Translations under genes and position numbers: made by a program
Source of the DNA: Elusimicrobiota bacterium
GTDB lineage: Bacteria > Elusimicrobiota > Elusimicrobia > F11
Direction of reading: 5' to 3'
Assembly (NCBI GenBank): GCA_022072025.1
Contig: JAJVIP010000003.1
Location: 1-64,000 of the forward strand
Length of the DNA stretch: 64,000 nucleotides
Shown here: positions 57,343-64,000 of the stretch, in pieces
Numbering within the stretch: the stretch's first letter is position 1
Layout of the letters: every line of letters starts with the position of its first letter
Notes under the pieces: generated by a model
The model's input: only the letters and a program-made list of their open reading frames with translations
Database searches by the model: none
Told to the model about the DNA's origin: nothing

Positions 57343-57633
57343 ATGATAAAAGAATATTCTTGCAACTGCCATGCAAAAATAGGAGAAAATCACGAGGATT
57401 ATTGTAATTCCAATTACTGTCCGATCTGTGGGACCCTAAAGGCAATCCGCAATCCAACGGGGTGGTGTGATCACCTTTACTACCCGAATAATCGGGGCAA
57501 GGGGGAAAAGCCAAAGTGTTTGAATTGTGGTAAAACCTTAAAGACCACAAAGAACGAAGTAACTGGTAGAATCGAACCATATACTTGGTGGTGTCCCTGT
57601 ATGCCAAAAAACTTAAGGATCTCAATCGGATGA
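57343..57633 (+). CDS. Cys-rich zinc-binding protein
   Basis: CNCH...CNSNYCPICG...CDH...CLNCG...CPC. Lies upstream of the methyltransferase. Confidence 0.3.
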   Translation: MIKEYSCNCHAKIGENHEDYCNSNYCPICGTLKAIRNPTGWCDHLYYPNNRGKGEKPKCLNCGKTLKTTKNEVTGRIEPYTWWCPCMPKNLRISIG

Positions 57634-57732
57634 TTAATATACTTTTGATAGCCCTCACAATTTTTGGAGTAGTGGTCCTCGGGCTTTTGGCTGTTATAAT
57701 TCTTCTACTCTTAGCATTCCAAAAGGCTTATA

Positions 57733-59055
57733 TTGAGTGGGAGAGAGATCATGAGTCAGATTAAATATATAGATTTGTTTGCAGGAGTGGGGGGATTCCA
57801 CTATGGAATTGACAAAGCCTTTTATGATAAACAGGCCGAGAGGTTATTATCGTGGGAACCCAACGATGGACTACTCCCCGACACTCAGCAAGAACAGTTG
57901 GCAACAAAACCACTTTGTGTGTATTCCAGCGAGTGGGATAAATATGCAAATTCAGTCTACAGGAGGCACTATGGAGAATGTGACATCAGAGATATTAGAA
58001 AAGTCGAGCCAGAAGAAATCCCAGATTTTGACTTACTCTGCGGGGGATTTCCTTGCCAAAGTTTCAGCGTTGCTGGAAAGCGGGGAGGATTTGAAGATAC
58101 CCGAGGTACTATGTTTTTTGAAATCGCACGGATTGTCAAACAAAAACAACCACGCCTACTTCTCCTCGAAAATGTCAAAGGCCTACTCAATCACGACCAA
58201 GGAAGAACTTTCGGAGTTATCCTCTCCACGCTGGATGAGCTTGGGTATGATGTGCAATGGCAAGTGCTTAACAGTAAGAACTTCGGAGTTCCCCAAAACA
58301 GAGAGCGAGTGTTCATTATCGGACATCTTAGAGGAACACCCAGACCAGAAGTATTTCCTCTCACCAGCTTTAACCCAAAGGCTCTTGAGTACGCTGGGGG
58401 AATCCTCAGTGAAAAAGCCAAGCTCTGGCTAGATAACGGTAAAACTTTCTCTCGTAATTTTCCTCAAGGATCTCGCGTCTATAAAGACAGCGGGGTTTCT
58501 TCTACGCTTGCGAGCCAAGCGGGGGGATTAGGTGCCAAAACTGGGCTTTATATGGTGGACGATCCGTCTAGGAAAGATGGGGTAGAAGATAAAAATCTTA
58601 GCCCTACCCTTCGTAGTGAGTCTCATGGAAATCTACCATCGGTTGTGATCCCCGTATTAACTCCAGATCGTGTTACTAAGCGACAAAATGGTAGAAGATT
58701 TAAGGAGAACGGGGAACCAAGTTTCACCCTAACGGGACAAGATAGGCATGGAATCCTCGTTAATATGGGAGAATTAAAAATAAAAGATCAAGCAAACACC
58801 CTTGATGGGAATTATCACAAGGGGTTAGACAACCATGGTCAGAGAACTGGAGTTTTTGATGGGCTTACTATCCGCAAACTTACCCCAGTAGAATGTGAAC
58901 GACTTCAGGGTTTCCCCGATGGCTGGACTGCCCTCGGCCATGGGGATACCCCAATGTCGGACTCTCAAAGATATAAAATGATGGGTAATGCCGTCACCAC
59001 CAATGTGGTTACTGAGATTGCGAAGAAACTACTATGGACACCAAATCAGCTCTAA
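57733..59055 (+). CDS. dcm: DNA (cytosine-5)-methyltransferase
   Basis: Motif I IDLFAGVGGFHYG, motif IV GGFPCQSFSVAGKRGG, motif VI LLENVKGL, motif X QRYKMMGNAVTTNV. Confidence 0.9.
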   Translation: MSGREIMSQIKYIDLFAGVGGFHYGIDKAFYDKQAERLLSWEPNDGLLPDTQQEQLATKPLCVYSSEWDKYANSVYRRHYGECDIRDIRKVEPEEIPDFDLLCGGFPCQSFSVAGKRGGFEDTRGTMFFEIARIVKQKQPRLLLLENVKGLLNHDQGRTFGVILSTLDELGYDVQWQVLNSKNFGVPQNRERVFIIGHLRGTPRPEVFPLTSFNPKALEYAGGILSEKAKLWLDNGKTFSRNFPQGSRVYKDSGVSSTLASQAGGLGAKTGLYMVDDPSRKDGVEDKNLSPTLRSESHGNLPSVVIPVLTPDRVTKRQNGRRFKENGEPSFTLTGQDRHGILVNMGELKIKDQANTLDGNYHKGLDNHGQRTGVFDGLTIRKLTPVECERLQGFPDGWTALGHGDTPMSDSQRYKMMGNAVTTNVVTEIAKKLLWTPNQL

Positions 59056-59282
59056 AAGATATAATATGTTCTCATCCAGATTTAAGGATGGATCTTGAGG
59101 GGGTACCTTGTTCTGGTACCGCTGGTCGCCTAAGTATTAATATTCATCCCAAACCCAAAACTAAAATTTACTGTATGAAGTGTGGGAGAGTTTTCAGATA
59201 TTCTCAAAGAATGCTAATGAGGTGTATCTCTCAACCACAATATGCCTTTACTGCTAAAATGTTTGGGATGCAAGCCGTATGA
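59034..59282 (+). CDS. hypothetical Cys-containing protein
   Basis: 82 aa. Confidence 0.3.
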   Translation: MDTKSALKDIICSHPDLRMDLEGVPCSGTAGRLSINIHPKPKTKIYCMKCGRVFRYSQRMLMRCISQPQYAFTAKMFGMQAV

Positions 59283-59551
59283 TAAATACTAGAGATTTTT
59301 TGAATGATTTAGTCTGCGACCATATTTGGTCATATCAAATTATGGATCCAATCCAGCCAGGAGAGGGCTATATCCCAGTTGTTTGTAAGAAGTGTAAAAG
59401 AAAACAAAATAAGCTAGTCAAGTATTCCTATACCCCTGCGGGGATGGTGGTAATTCTCCATGGACAAGAGTGGAAGTTCGCTGAACCCTTTGCAACAAGT
59501 ATCAAGTGGACCATGGAGTGGCCAAACAACGCATTAAGGGAGTTACAATGA
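59279..59551 (+). CDS. hypothetical protein
   Basis: 90 aa. Confidence 0.3.
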   Translation: MINTRDFLNDLVCDHIWSYQIMDPIQPGEGYIPVVCKKCKRKQNKLVKYSYTPAGMVVILHGQEWKFAEPFATSIKWTMEWPNNALRELQ

Positions 59552-60096
59552 AACTAACTGACCAAGTATTTGTTACATCGGATCATCACTTTGGTCACGC
59601 CCGTATGGTGGAGTGGGGGTATCGTGAATTGGGATGGGAAGAAGTGGCTGTAGAAGAGTGGAATAGTGTAGTTCGTGACCAAGATATAGTATTACATCTC
59701 GGGGATTTGGCTCTGTGTCGCGTTGAAACAGCACAAAATTGGCTTCCACGCCTCAACGGGCGTAAATACCTAGTTCTTGGCAATCACGATAGGTTTAATG
59801 AGTCCGCATATACCAATTTTGGCTTTACTGTGATACCCAATCCAGTTTTTTTCAATTGGAATCACGGAGAACCCATAATTTTTACTCACAAACCGTATGA
59901 AAATTTACCAACTGGTTGGTGGAACTATCACGGACACCTACACGGAAATAAACATCATCAAATAAATTCGCTCACCAATAGACACATTGATTGTGGAGTG
60001 GATGTTTGGGGACTTAAGCCCCGTAAAATAAGTGAAATCTATAGTTATATTAAATTACAACAACAGAAAACCTCTGGTGAATTACTAAAGTTATAG
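59548..60096 (+). CDS. small calcineurin-like metallophosphoesterase
   Basis: SDHHFGH, GDLAL, GNHDRF, HGHLHG motifs. The start at 59548 has SD AAGGGAG (track start is 59506). Confidence 0.65.
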   Translation: MKLTDQVFVTSDHHFGHARMVEWGYRELGWEEVAVEEWNSVVRDQDIVLHLGDLALCRVETAQNWLPRLNGRKYLVLGNHDRFNESAYTNFGFTVIPNPVFFNWNHGEPIIFTHKPYENLPTGWWNYHGHLHGNKHHQINSLTNRHIDCGVDVWGLKPRKISEIYSYIKLQQQKTSGELLKL

Positions 60097-60243
60097 AAAA
60101 TAAATAACTAACGCTTCCTAATATAAGCACAACTCGAGGTGGGACATTTTCATATATATAAGAAGTTTAGTGTGATTTATAACGCTATCGTAAACTATGC
60201 TCTGATTGATTAATAGTTTAATCTCTTCCTAATATTAGGAGAG

Positions 60244-60297
60244 TTACTACGAGAGAGTATTTTATATATTTATATATAAAATACTCTCTCGTAGTAA
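60244..60297. repeat. 54-bp near-perfect palindrome (25-bp arms, 4-nt centre)
   Basis: TTACTACGAGAGAGTATTTTATATA-ttta-TATATAAAATACTCTCTCGTAGTAA. Immediately preceded by a second palindrome TCCTAATATTAGGA (60228-60241). Lies at the convergence of + genes and the - tRNA array. Confidence 0.6.
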
Positions 60298-60304
60298 GGG
60301 TTTG

Positions 60305-60385
60305 CGGAGGGTATAGGAGTTGAACCTATTACGCCTTTCGGCGACGGGTTAGCGACCCGTTGTATTACCGTCCTACCCACCCTCC
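60305..60385 (-). tRNA. tRNA-Ser (anticodon GCU), type II, C33
   Basis: Acceptor GGAGGGU/ACCCUCC, anticodon stem ACGGG/CCCGU with loop UCGCUAA, long variable stem CGCC-GAAA-GGCG, T-loop UUCAACU. Confidence 0.55.
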
Positions 60386-60389
60386 AGAG

Positions 60390-60471
60390 CGGAAGGGACA
60401 GGATTCGAACCTGCACGCCCTTTCAGGCAGTTGTTTTCAAGACAACCGAGCTACCACTGCTCAACCCTTCC
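60390..60471 (-). tRNA. tRNA-Ser (anticodon UGA), type II
   Basis: Acceptor GGAAGGG/CCCUUCC, D-arm GAGC-AGUGGUA-GCUC, anticodon stem GUUGU/ACAAC with loop CUUGAAA, long variable arm, T-loop UUCGAAU. Confidence 0.6.
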
Positions 60472-60475
60472 AATG

Positions 60476-60559
60476 TGGCCACTGTAGGAATCGAACCCAC
60501 CTAGTCCGAGGGACAAGTGCTTTACAGGCACCCTGGAACACCAGTTCCTTATAATGGCC
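60476..60559 (-). tRNA. tRNA-Tyr (anticodon GUA), type II
   Basis: Acceptor GGCCAUU/AGUGGCC, anticodon stem GGUGC/GCACU with loop CUGUAAA, long variable arm GUCC-CUC-GGAC, T-arm GUGGG-UUCGAUU-CCUAC. Confidence 0.5.
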
Positions 60560-60563
60560 AATG

Positions 60564-60634
60564 TTTCGGGAGAAGGGTTCGAACCTCCGTTAGCTGGGTC
60601 AAAGCCAGCTGTCCTACCACTAGACGATCCCGAA
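60564..60634 (-). tRNA. tRNA-Gln (anticodon UUG), U1-A72
   Basis: Acceptor UUCGGGA/UCCCGAA, D-arm GUCU-AGUGGUA-GGAC, anticodon stem GCUGG/CCAGC with loop CUUUGAC, T-arm GGAGG-UUCGAAC-CCUUC. Confidence 0.55.
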
Positions 60635-60639
60635 TCGTG

Positions 60640-60711
60640 TGCCCCCAGAAAGAATCGAACTTTCATTATCTGTTTCGTAGACAGACATCCTATCCGTTAA
60701 ATGACAGGGGC
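60640..60711 (-). tRNA. tRNA-Arg (anticodon ACG)
   Basis: Acceptor GCCCCUG/UGGGGGC, anticodon stem UCUGU/ACAGA with loop CUACGAA, T-arm GAAAG-UUCGAUU-CUUUC. Confidence 0.55.
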
Positions 60712-60716
60712 TTGTG

Positions 60717-60788
60717 TTGCGAGAGATGGGTACGATCCACCATCTCAACTTTCAGAGAGTTGTGTCCTACCTGTTAGACGATCTCGCA
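60717..60788 (-). tRNA. tRNA-Gln (anticodon CUG), U1-A72, slightly degenerate T-loop
   Basis: Acceptor UGCGAGA/UCUCGCA perfect, D-arm GUCU-AACAGGUA-GGAC, anticodon stem CAACU/AGUUG with loop CUCUGAA, T-arm GGUGG-AUCGUAC-CCAUC. Paralog of the UUG tRNA-Gln. Confidence 0.5.
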
Positions 60789-60793
60789 TTGTG

Positions 60794-60867
60794 CTCTAGG
60801 AGAGGGACTCGAACCCCCGACCCCTCGATTAACAGTCGAGTGCTACCACCAGCTGAGCTACCCTAGA
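60794..60867 (-). tRNA. tRNA-Asn (anticodon GUU), U1-A72
   Basis: Acceptor UCUAGGG/UCCUAGA, anticodon stem CUCGA/UCGAG with loop CUGUUAA, T-arm GGGGG-UUCGAGU-CCCUC. Confidence 0.5.
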
Positions 60868-60872
60868 TTGGG

Positions 60873-60946
60873 CGGGATTGAGCAGATTCGAACTGCCGAT
60901 TTCTCGCGTGACAGGCGAGTGGAATGAGCCACTATCCTACAATCCC
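60873..60946 (-). tRNA. tRNA-Asp (anticodon GUC)
   Basis: Acceptor GGGAUUG/CAAUCCC, anticodon stem CUCGC/GCGAG with loop CUGUCAC, T-arm GGCAG-UUCGAAU-CUGCU. Confidence 0.55.
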
Positions 60947-61332
60947 ATTTTATAAATACGATTAGATGTTCTTATGGCATGACAGTTAGAACAAACCAAA
61001 TCACATTTTTTTATTTCACTTTTAATCTTTTCTATACTCGCAGATTTTTGGACCAGGGCGGAGATAGAATGGTAGATGTCCTTTTTAGGTATTCTGTGAT
61101 CAAATTCCATACAGCATGACGGGAAAATACCACCACAATCAAGACAAGGTTTCCCCAGTTTATACTCTTCAATAAATTTAATATTTCTTGCCACATATGA
61201 AGGTCTGTGTGATTTTCTATTGGCACGATATTTTTCTTTGTTGTTTTGATAATGTTTTTGTTGATAAGCTTTTTGCTTAAGTTTGTCTTTGTATCCCATA
61301 GACACATTATATGTTAAAGTTCTATTCTCCAC
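60937..61332 (-). CDS. HNH endonuclease
   Basis: CLDCGG...CCMEFDHRIPKKD...LVCSNCHAIRT HNH/zinc motif. Its 3' end overlaps the tRNA-Asp 5' end by 10 nt. Confidence 0.7.
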   Translation of the reverse strand: MENRTLTYNVSMGYKDKLKQKAYQQKHYQNNKEKYRANRKSHRPSYVARNIKFIEEYKLGKPCLDCGGIFPSCCMEFDHRIPKKDIYHSISALVQKSASIEKIKSEIKKCDLVCSNCHAIRTSNRIYKMGL

Positions 61333-61352
61333 AATAGAGAATCGTACTTATG

Positions 61353-61424
61353 TTGCGGAGAACAGAGTCGAACTGTTTCCCCCTGCTTATGAGACAGGTG
61401 TGCGAGCCGTCACACTCCCCCGCA
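61353..61424 (-). tRNA. tRNA-Met (anticodon CAU; elongator or lysidine-Ile type), U1-A72
   Basis: Acceptor UGCGGGG/CUCCGCA, D-arm GUGU-GACGGCUC-GCAC, anticodon stem CCUGU/GCAGG with loop CUCAUAA, T-arm AACAG-UUCGACU-CUGUU. No initiator features. Confidence 0.55.
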
Positions 61425-61426
61425 TA

Positions 61427-61457
61427 CTAAAAAACCCCTCTTCGGGGTTCTTTTTTG
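61427..61457. terminator. bidirectional terminator-like hairpin AAAAAACCCC-TCTTC-GGGGTTCTTTTTT
   Basis: 6-bp GC stem flanked by an A-run and a T-run. Lies between the minus-strand promoter (61536-61564) and tRNA-Met, so it may be an attenuator or a + strand terminator. Confidence 0.45.
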
Positions 61458-61535
61458 TTTCCACAAGAAAAGATACCCCGTTAGGCGTAATCTTGATTCT
61501 GGTAGGAACGCGACATTGATTTCATTTGCTTGGAC

Positions 61536-61564
61536 ATTATATCACAATTAGGTTACAATTGCAA
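61536..61564 (-). promoter_or_regulatory. sigma70 promoter TTGCAA-17-TATAAT (minus strand) for the tRNA-Met/HNH/8-tRNA operon
   Basis: Plus-strand ttgcaa 61559-61564 (palindromic) and attata 61536-61541. Same tgaTATAAT -10 context as the other minus-strand promoters. Confidence 0.5.
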
Positions 61565-61608
61565 CTGCACATTCACAACAGAACAGTGGGGTCAAGTTAG
61601 GAGGAGTT

Positions 61609-61977
61609 ATGTCAAGTTCAGTTAATAGTATGTCCAGAGATCAATGGCCATTTACTAGGTTAAGTAATGCAATCCAGTCCCAGACAACCTGGAACTCGAA
61701 TTTAGAGGGTAAGATGCTCACCCTTGTCGATGCGGTAATCGCAGACAAAGAACAACGAGCGGCAATAAAGTCGCTCATGAAACAGAGCATCAGAGACTAC
61801 TACCACGATCAGAACTATCAGGTAGAGTCAATGATCAACCAGTTTACCGACGCTTTTGAAGGAGAAAAAATCGAATATACCGATTTTGTCCCTGGGCTTG
61901 GGACACCTGGTGCCGACATTAGAAAAGCGTACGATGGGACCGTTCCACCATCAACAAATTTATTTAAAAAGAATTAA
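61609..61977 (+). CDS. hypothetical protein
   Basis: 122 aa with SD AGGAGG. Confidence 0.35.
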   Translation: MSSSVNSMSRDQWPFTRLSNAIQSQTTWNSNLEGKMLTLVDAVIADKEQRAAIKSLMKQSIRDYYHDQNYQVESMINQFTDAFEGEKIEYTDFVPGLGTPGADIRKAYDGTVPPSTNLFKKN

Positions 61978-62012
61978 GATCCAGATTTAAATTGGTTAAA
62001 TATTAGTTAAAT

Positions 62013-62041
62013 TTGTCCCCACTGTTTTATTGTGATATAAT
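62013..62041 (+). promoter_or_regulatory. sigma70 promoter TTGTCC-17-TATAAT driving the tmRNA
   Basis: ttgtcc 62013-62018 and tataat 62036-62041. The predicted start falls on G 62049, the first base of the tmRNA. Confidence 0.5.
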
Positions 62042-62048
62042 ATACAAA

Positions 62049-62433
62049 TCGGGGGCGACTTGCTTTGACAGGTTTCTCTCAGAATAATCTGCATGTCGGC
62101 TTTGACCAAGAGCCGTTAAACAGGGTTAAAAAACAAATGCTAAATTTTTGAAGCATATAGCAAATAAAGTTACCGCTATCCTTGACGGGATATGGGACGC
62201 TTTATCTGTTCCTTCAGTTACAGCTTTCGCTTAACTGACGGCGTTCGACATGAACTTGCTTGTGGGAAAGTGTCGGGCGAGAATACACACAAGATCAGCT
62301 TTTGATTGAGCATAATATCAATCACAACCACAGGCGTAGTGGTTAAAACGCTGGCGTCCTCAACGGATGAAAAACATGTAGACGGTTATTTTGTGAAGGT
62401 CTGGACGGGATGTCACTCATCCCCGCCTCCACC
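62049..62433 (+). ncRNA. ssrA: tmRNA (SsrA), one-piece, about 385 nt
   Basis: 5' GGGGGCGACUUGCUUUGACAGG... resembles E. coli GGGGCUGAUUCUGGAUUCGACGGG. 3' end GGAC-GGGAU-GUCACUC-AUCCC-CGCCUCC-A-CC forms a T-arm plus acceptor that pairs with the 5' GGGGGCG, including the G3-U70 Ala identity pair. Internal CUGCAUGUCGG is like the E. coli pseudoknot-1 GGUGCAUGCCGAGG. Candidate tag ORF GCA AAU AAA ... GCU UUC GCU UAA (ANKVTAILDGIWDALSVPSVTAFA) at about 62160-62234. Confidence 0.65.
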
Positions 62434-62435
62434 CC

Positions 62436-62660
62436 ATGCTAACCAGCGAACAAAAAACCAGAGTCTCTGGATGGCTTGATATGGTTGAGTCTGGAAAGGT
62501 GTTAGAACCTGAACCAGAAACTCTTGTTGAGTTAATCCAAGACTATATTTTGTCTTGTGGTATGGTTGAACATACTGTCGGTGGGGAATTGCATAATTTT
62601 CACTTAGGAAGAGCTGCTTTTATCGAGGAGTTTTTTGGGAGATTGACAGAATCTAGTTAA
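62436..62660 (+). CDS. hypothetical protein
   Basis: 74 aa. Confidence 0.3.
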   Translation: MLTSEQKTRVSGWLDMVESGKVLEPEPETLVELIQDYILSCGMVEHTVGGELHNFHLGRAAFIEEFFGRLTESS

Positions 62661-62677
62661 GATGATATAATATAGAC

Positions 62678-62869
62678 ATGAGTGATAATTCGTATTATTT
62701 AATTAACAAGCGAACTTTCGAGGTTACTCGAAATGACGCTGATTCTGATGAAGTAATATCGAAACTTGGTAAAGGTAAAGACTTAATTTCCGCGATTGAA
62801 TTGGCTGAAGCAGATTATCCCCCCGCTGAATATGGAATCCATTTTTATACTGATTTGAAGGAACTATGA
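62678..62869 (+). CDS. hypothetical protein
   Basis: 63 aa with a promoter-like GATGATATAAT upstream. Confidence 0.3.
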   Translation: MSDNSYYLINKRTFEVTRNDADSDEVISKLGKGKDLISAIELAEADYPPAEYGIHFYTDLKEL

Positions 62870-63503
62870 CAGCCTCAGAACAGAAAGTAACCAAAGCTAG
62901 GGGAGAGAAGATATGAAAATAAAATGCGATTGGTGTGAAGATGGAATGATTACAATAGGCTCAGAGAAACATAAAAAATATAATGAGTATAACTTAGTAG
63001 ATAACCTACACACCCAAACACTGGGGGAGGAGGATAAATGATTTATTATGGTGCACATAGCAATGTTAAAGAATATCTAGATGCGGCTTCACAACTTTAT
63101 TCCCTTAAAACTAATTTTGACCCAGATGCAGGAATAGAAGTATCCAAAATAATTGTAGAAATAGCCAAGATGTTACAGTCCGAGAGCCATCATTATGAGG
63201 ATACTCAAAACCAACATTGACACTCGTGATATAATTAAATTAATGTGACAACAAAATAAGGGTGGCCAACCAACCTGTCACGAAAAGTAGTAGCCACAAA
63301 CCTGGCACGGGGGAGATAGGACTCTCTGATAACCCTGGTTGGTATTGGGGAGAGACACTCCCCCAAAGGTTTAGATATGAAGAAGACATATAAAACTTAT
63401 CCGTTAAAAACTCCAGTTGAATTTTTTGTAGGTTGTGGGACACTTGTTTGTGAACAGTTTTCTAAGCTTGGATATATAGTAACCAAGATAAAGAGGAATA
63501 AAA

Positions 63504-63956
63504 ATGGACGAAAATAATGCCCTAGCAACCAAATCCCAAATGTTTGCCGAGCTAAAGGCTCTAAAACAAAACTTTGACAACCAGCTCAGTAAATCAACCA
63601 CCATTGATAACAACCAATATAACATCCCCAAATTTAACACTCCCTATTATGGCGATCCAGACTTTGATCGTATAGAGAAAGACTGGCAACCAAAGGTGGA
63701 CGACTGGGCAGAAAAGTTTGATCCATATAGGTGGCCAAAACCCTATGATGATCCCTTTAAAAAAGTGCCCGTTCCCAGTAAGGGGTTGGATGAAGACATA
63801 GAAAAAGCAATTAAAAAAATCCTCGCCGATAGATATAAAAAAACTCAACCTCTCCCCAAACCAAAGAAACCCAAAGTCCCCGAAATTACTCCAGATGAAG
63901 TGTTTGACAGAATGGTAAAAAAAGCTTTAGAAAAAATTAAAGCTAAAAAGAAATAG
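63504..63956 (+). CDS. hypothetical Lys/Pro/Asp-rich protein
   Basis: 150 aa with SD AAGAGGAA. Confidence 0.3.
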   Translation: MDENNALATKSQMFAELKALKQNFDNQLSKSTTIDNNQYNIPKFNTPYYGDPDFDRIEKDWQPKVDDWAEKFDPYRWPKPYDDPFKKVPVPSKGLDEDIEKAIKKILADRYKKTQPLPKPKKPKVPEITPDEVFDRMVKKALEKIKAKKK

Positions 63957-63998
63957 GGATCTACGGGCTGGTGTGAGTTCGACTCTCACGGATCCCAG
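63954..63998 (+). other. tRNA-like minihelix (acceptor + T-arm only) at the window edge
   Basis: GGGAUCU-ACGGGCUGGU-GUGAG-UUCGACU-CUCAC-GGAUCCC-A is a 7-bp acceptor-like stem plus a canonical T-arm with no D or anticodon arms. Possible tRNA 3' fragment, att core or tRNA-like structure. Confidence 0.25.
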
Positions 63999-64000
63999 AT

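Noticed and set aside
60244-60297. Calling the 54-bp palindrome an intrinsic bidirectional terminator
   Set aside because: The stem is perfect but neither strand has a U-tract after it, so I labelled it only as a palindrome or possible regulatory or recombination site.

Overview
This window is a 64-kb segment of a large tailed-phage genome (siphovirus-like, roughly 40% GC, AT-rich intergenic regions). It has three transcription blocks. Block 1 (1-17.8 kb, + strand) is virion morphogenesis: a portal-like C-terminal fragment, HK97-type prohead protease, acidic scaffold, major capsid, connector and neck proteins, major tail protein, tail chaperone with a -1 frameshift, an 897-aa tape measure, Dit, and two paralogous Gly-rich tail-tip/fibre proteins. 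Small holin-like proteins, an HNH endonuclease, a metallophosphoesterase and MazG follow. Block 2 (17.9-50.2 kb, - strand) opens with a Ro60-like TROVE+vWA protein preceded by a 530-nt structured, repeat-containing leader. It continues with an HNH gene, GroEL and GroES, Erf, RusA, an SPFH/LemA/TPM membrane module, a RecA-like ATPase, a ParB-like nuclease and many small genes behind near-consensus sigma70 promoters. Embedded in it is a dense RNA repair and tRNA maintenance toolkit: DraRnl-like and Rnl1-like RNA ligases, T4-like Pnkp, a Thg1-like 3'-5' polymerase, a 2H phosphoesterase, a TrmL-like SPOUT methyltransferase, a Pol-beta nucleotidyltransferase and a DUF4326 protein. Block 3 (50.9-64 kb, mostly + strand) follows a 650-bp strand-switch region with iteron-like repeats. 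It holds small early genes and an array of 13 tRNAs interrupted by an HNH gene and a TagD-like cytidylyltransferase. An Amidase_3 endolysin, a Dcm C5-methyltransferase and a second metallophosphoesterase come next. A compact minus-strand array of 9 tRNAs plus HNH and a plus-strand tmRNA with its own promoter close the block. No integrase, transposase, CRISPR array or rRNA was seen. The most notable signal is this phage-borne RNA-maintenance island (Ro60 with candidate Y-like RNAs, tmRNA, 22 tRNAs including tRNA-His with encoded G-1, Thg1-like, Pnkp, two ligases, 2H, TrmL).
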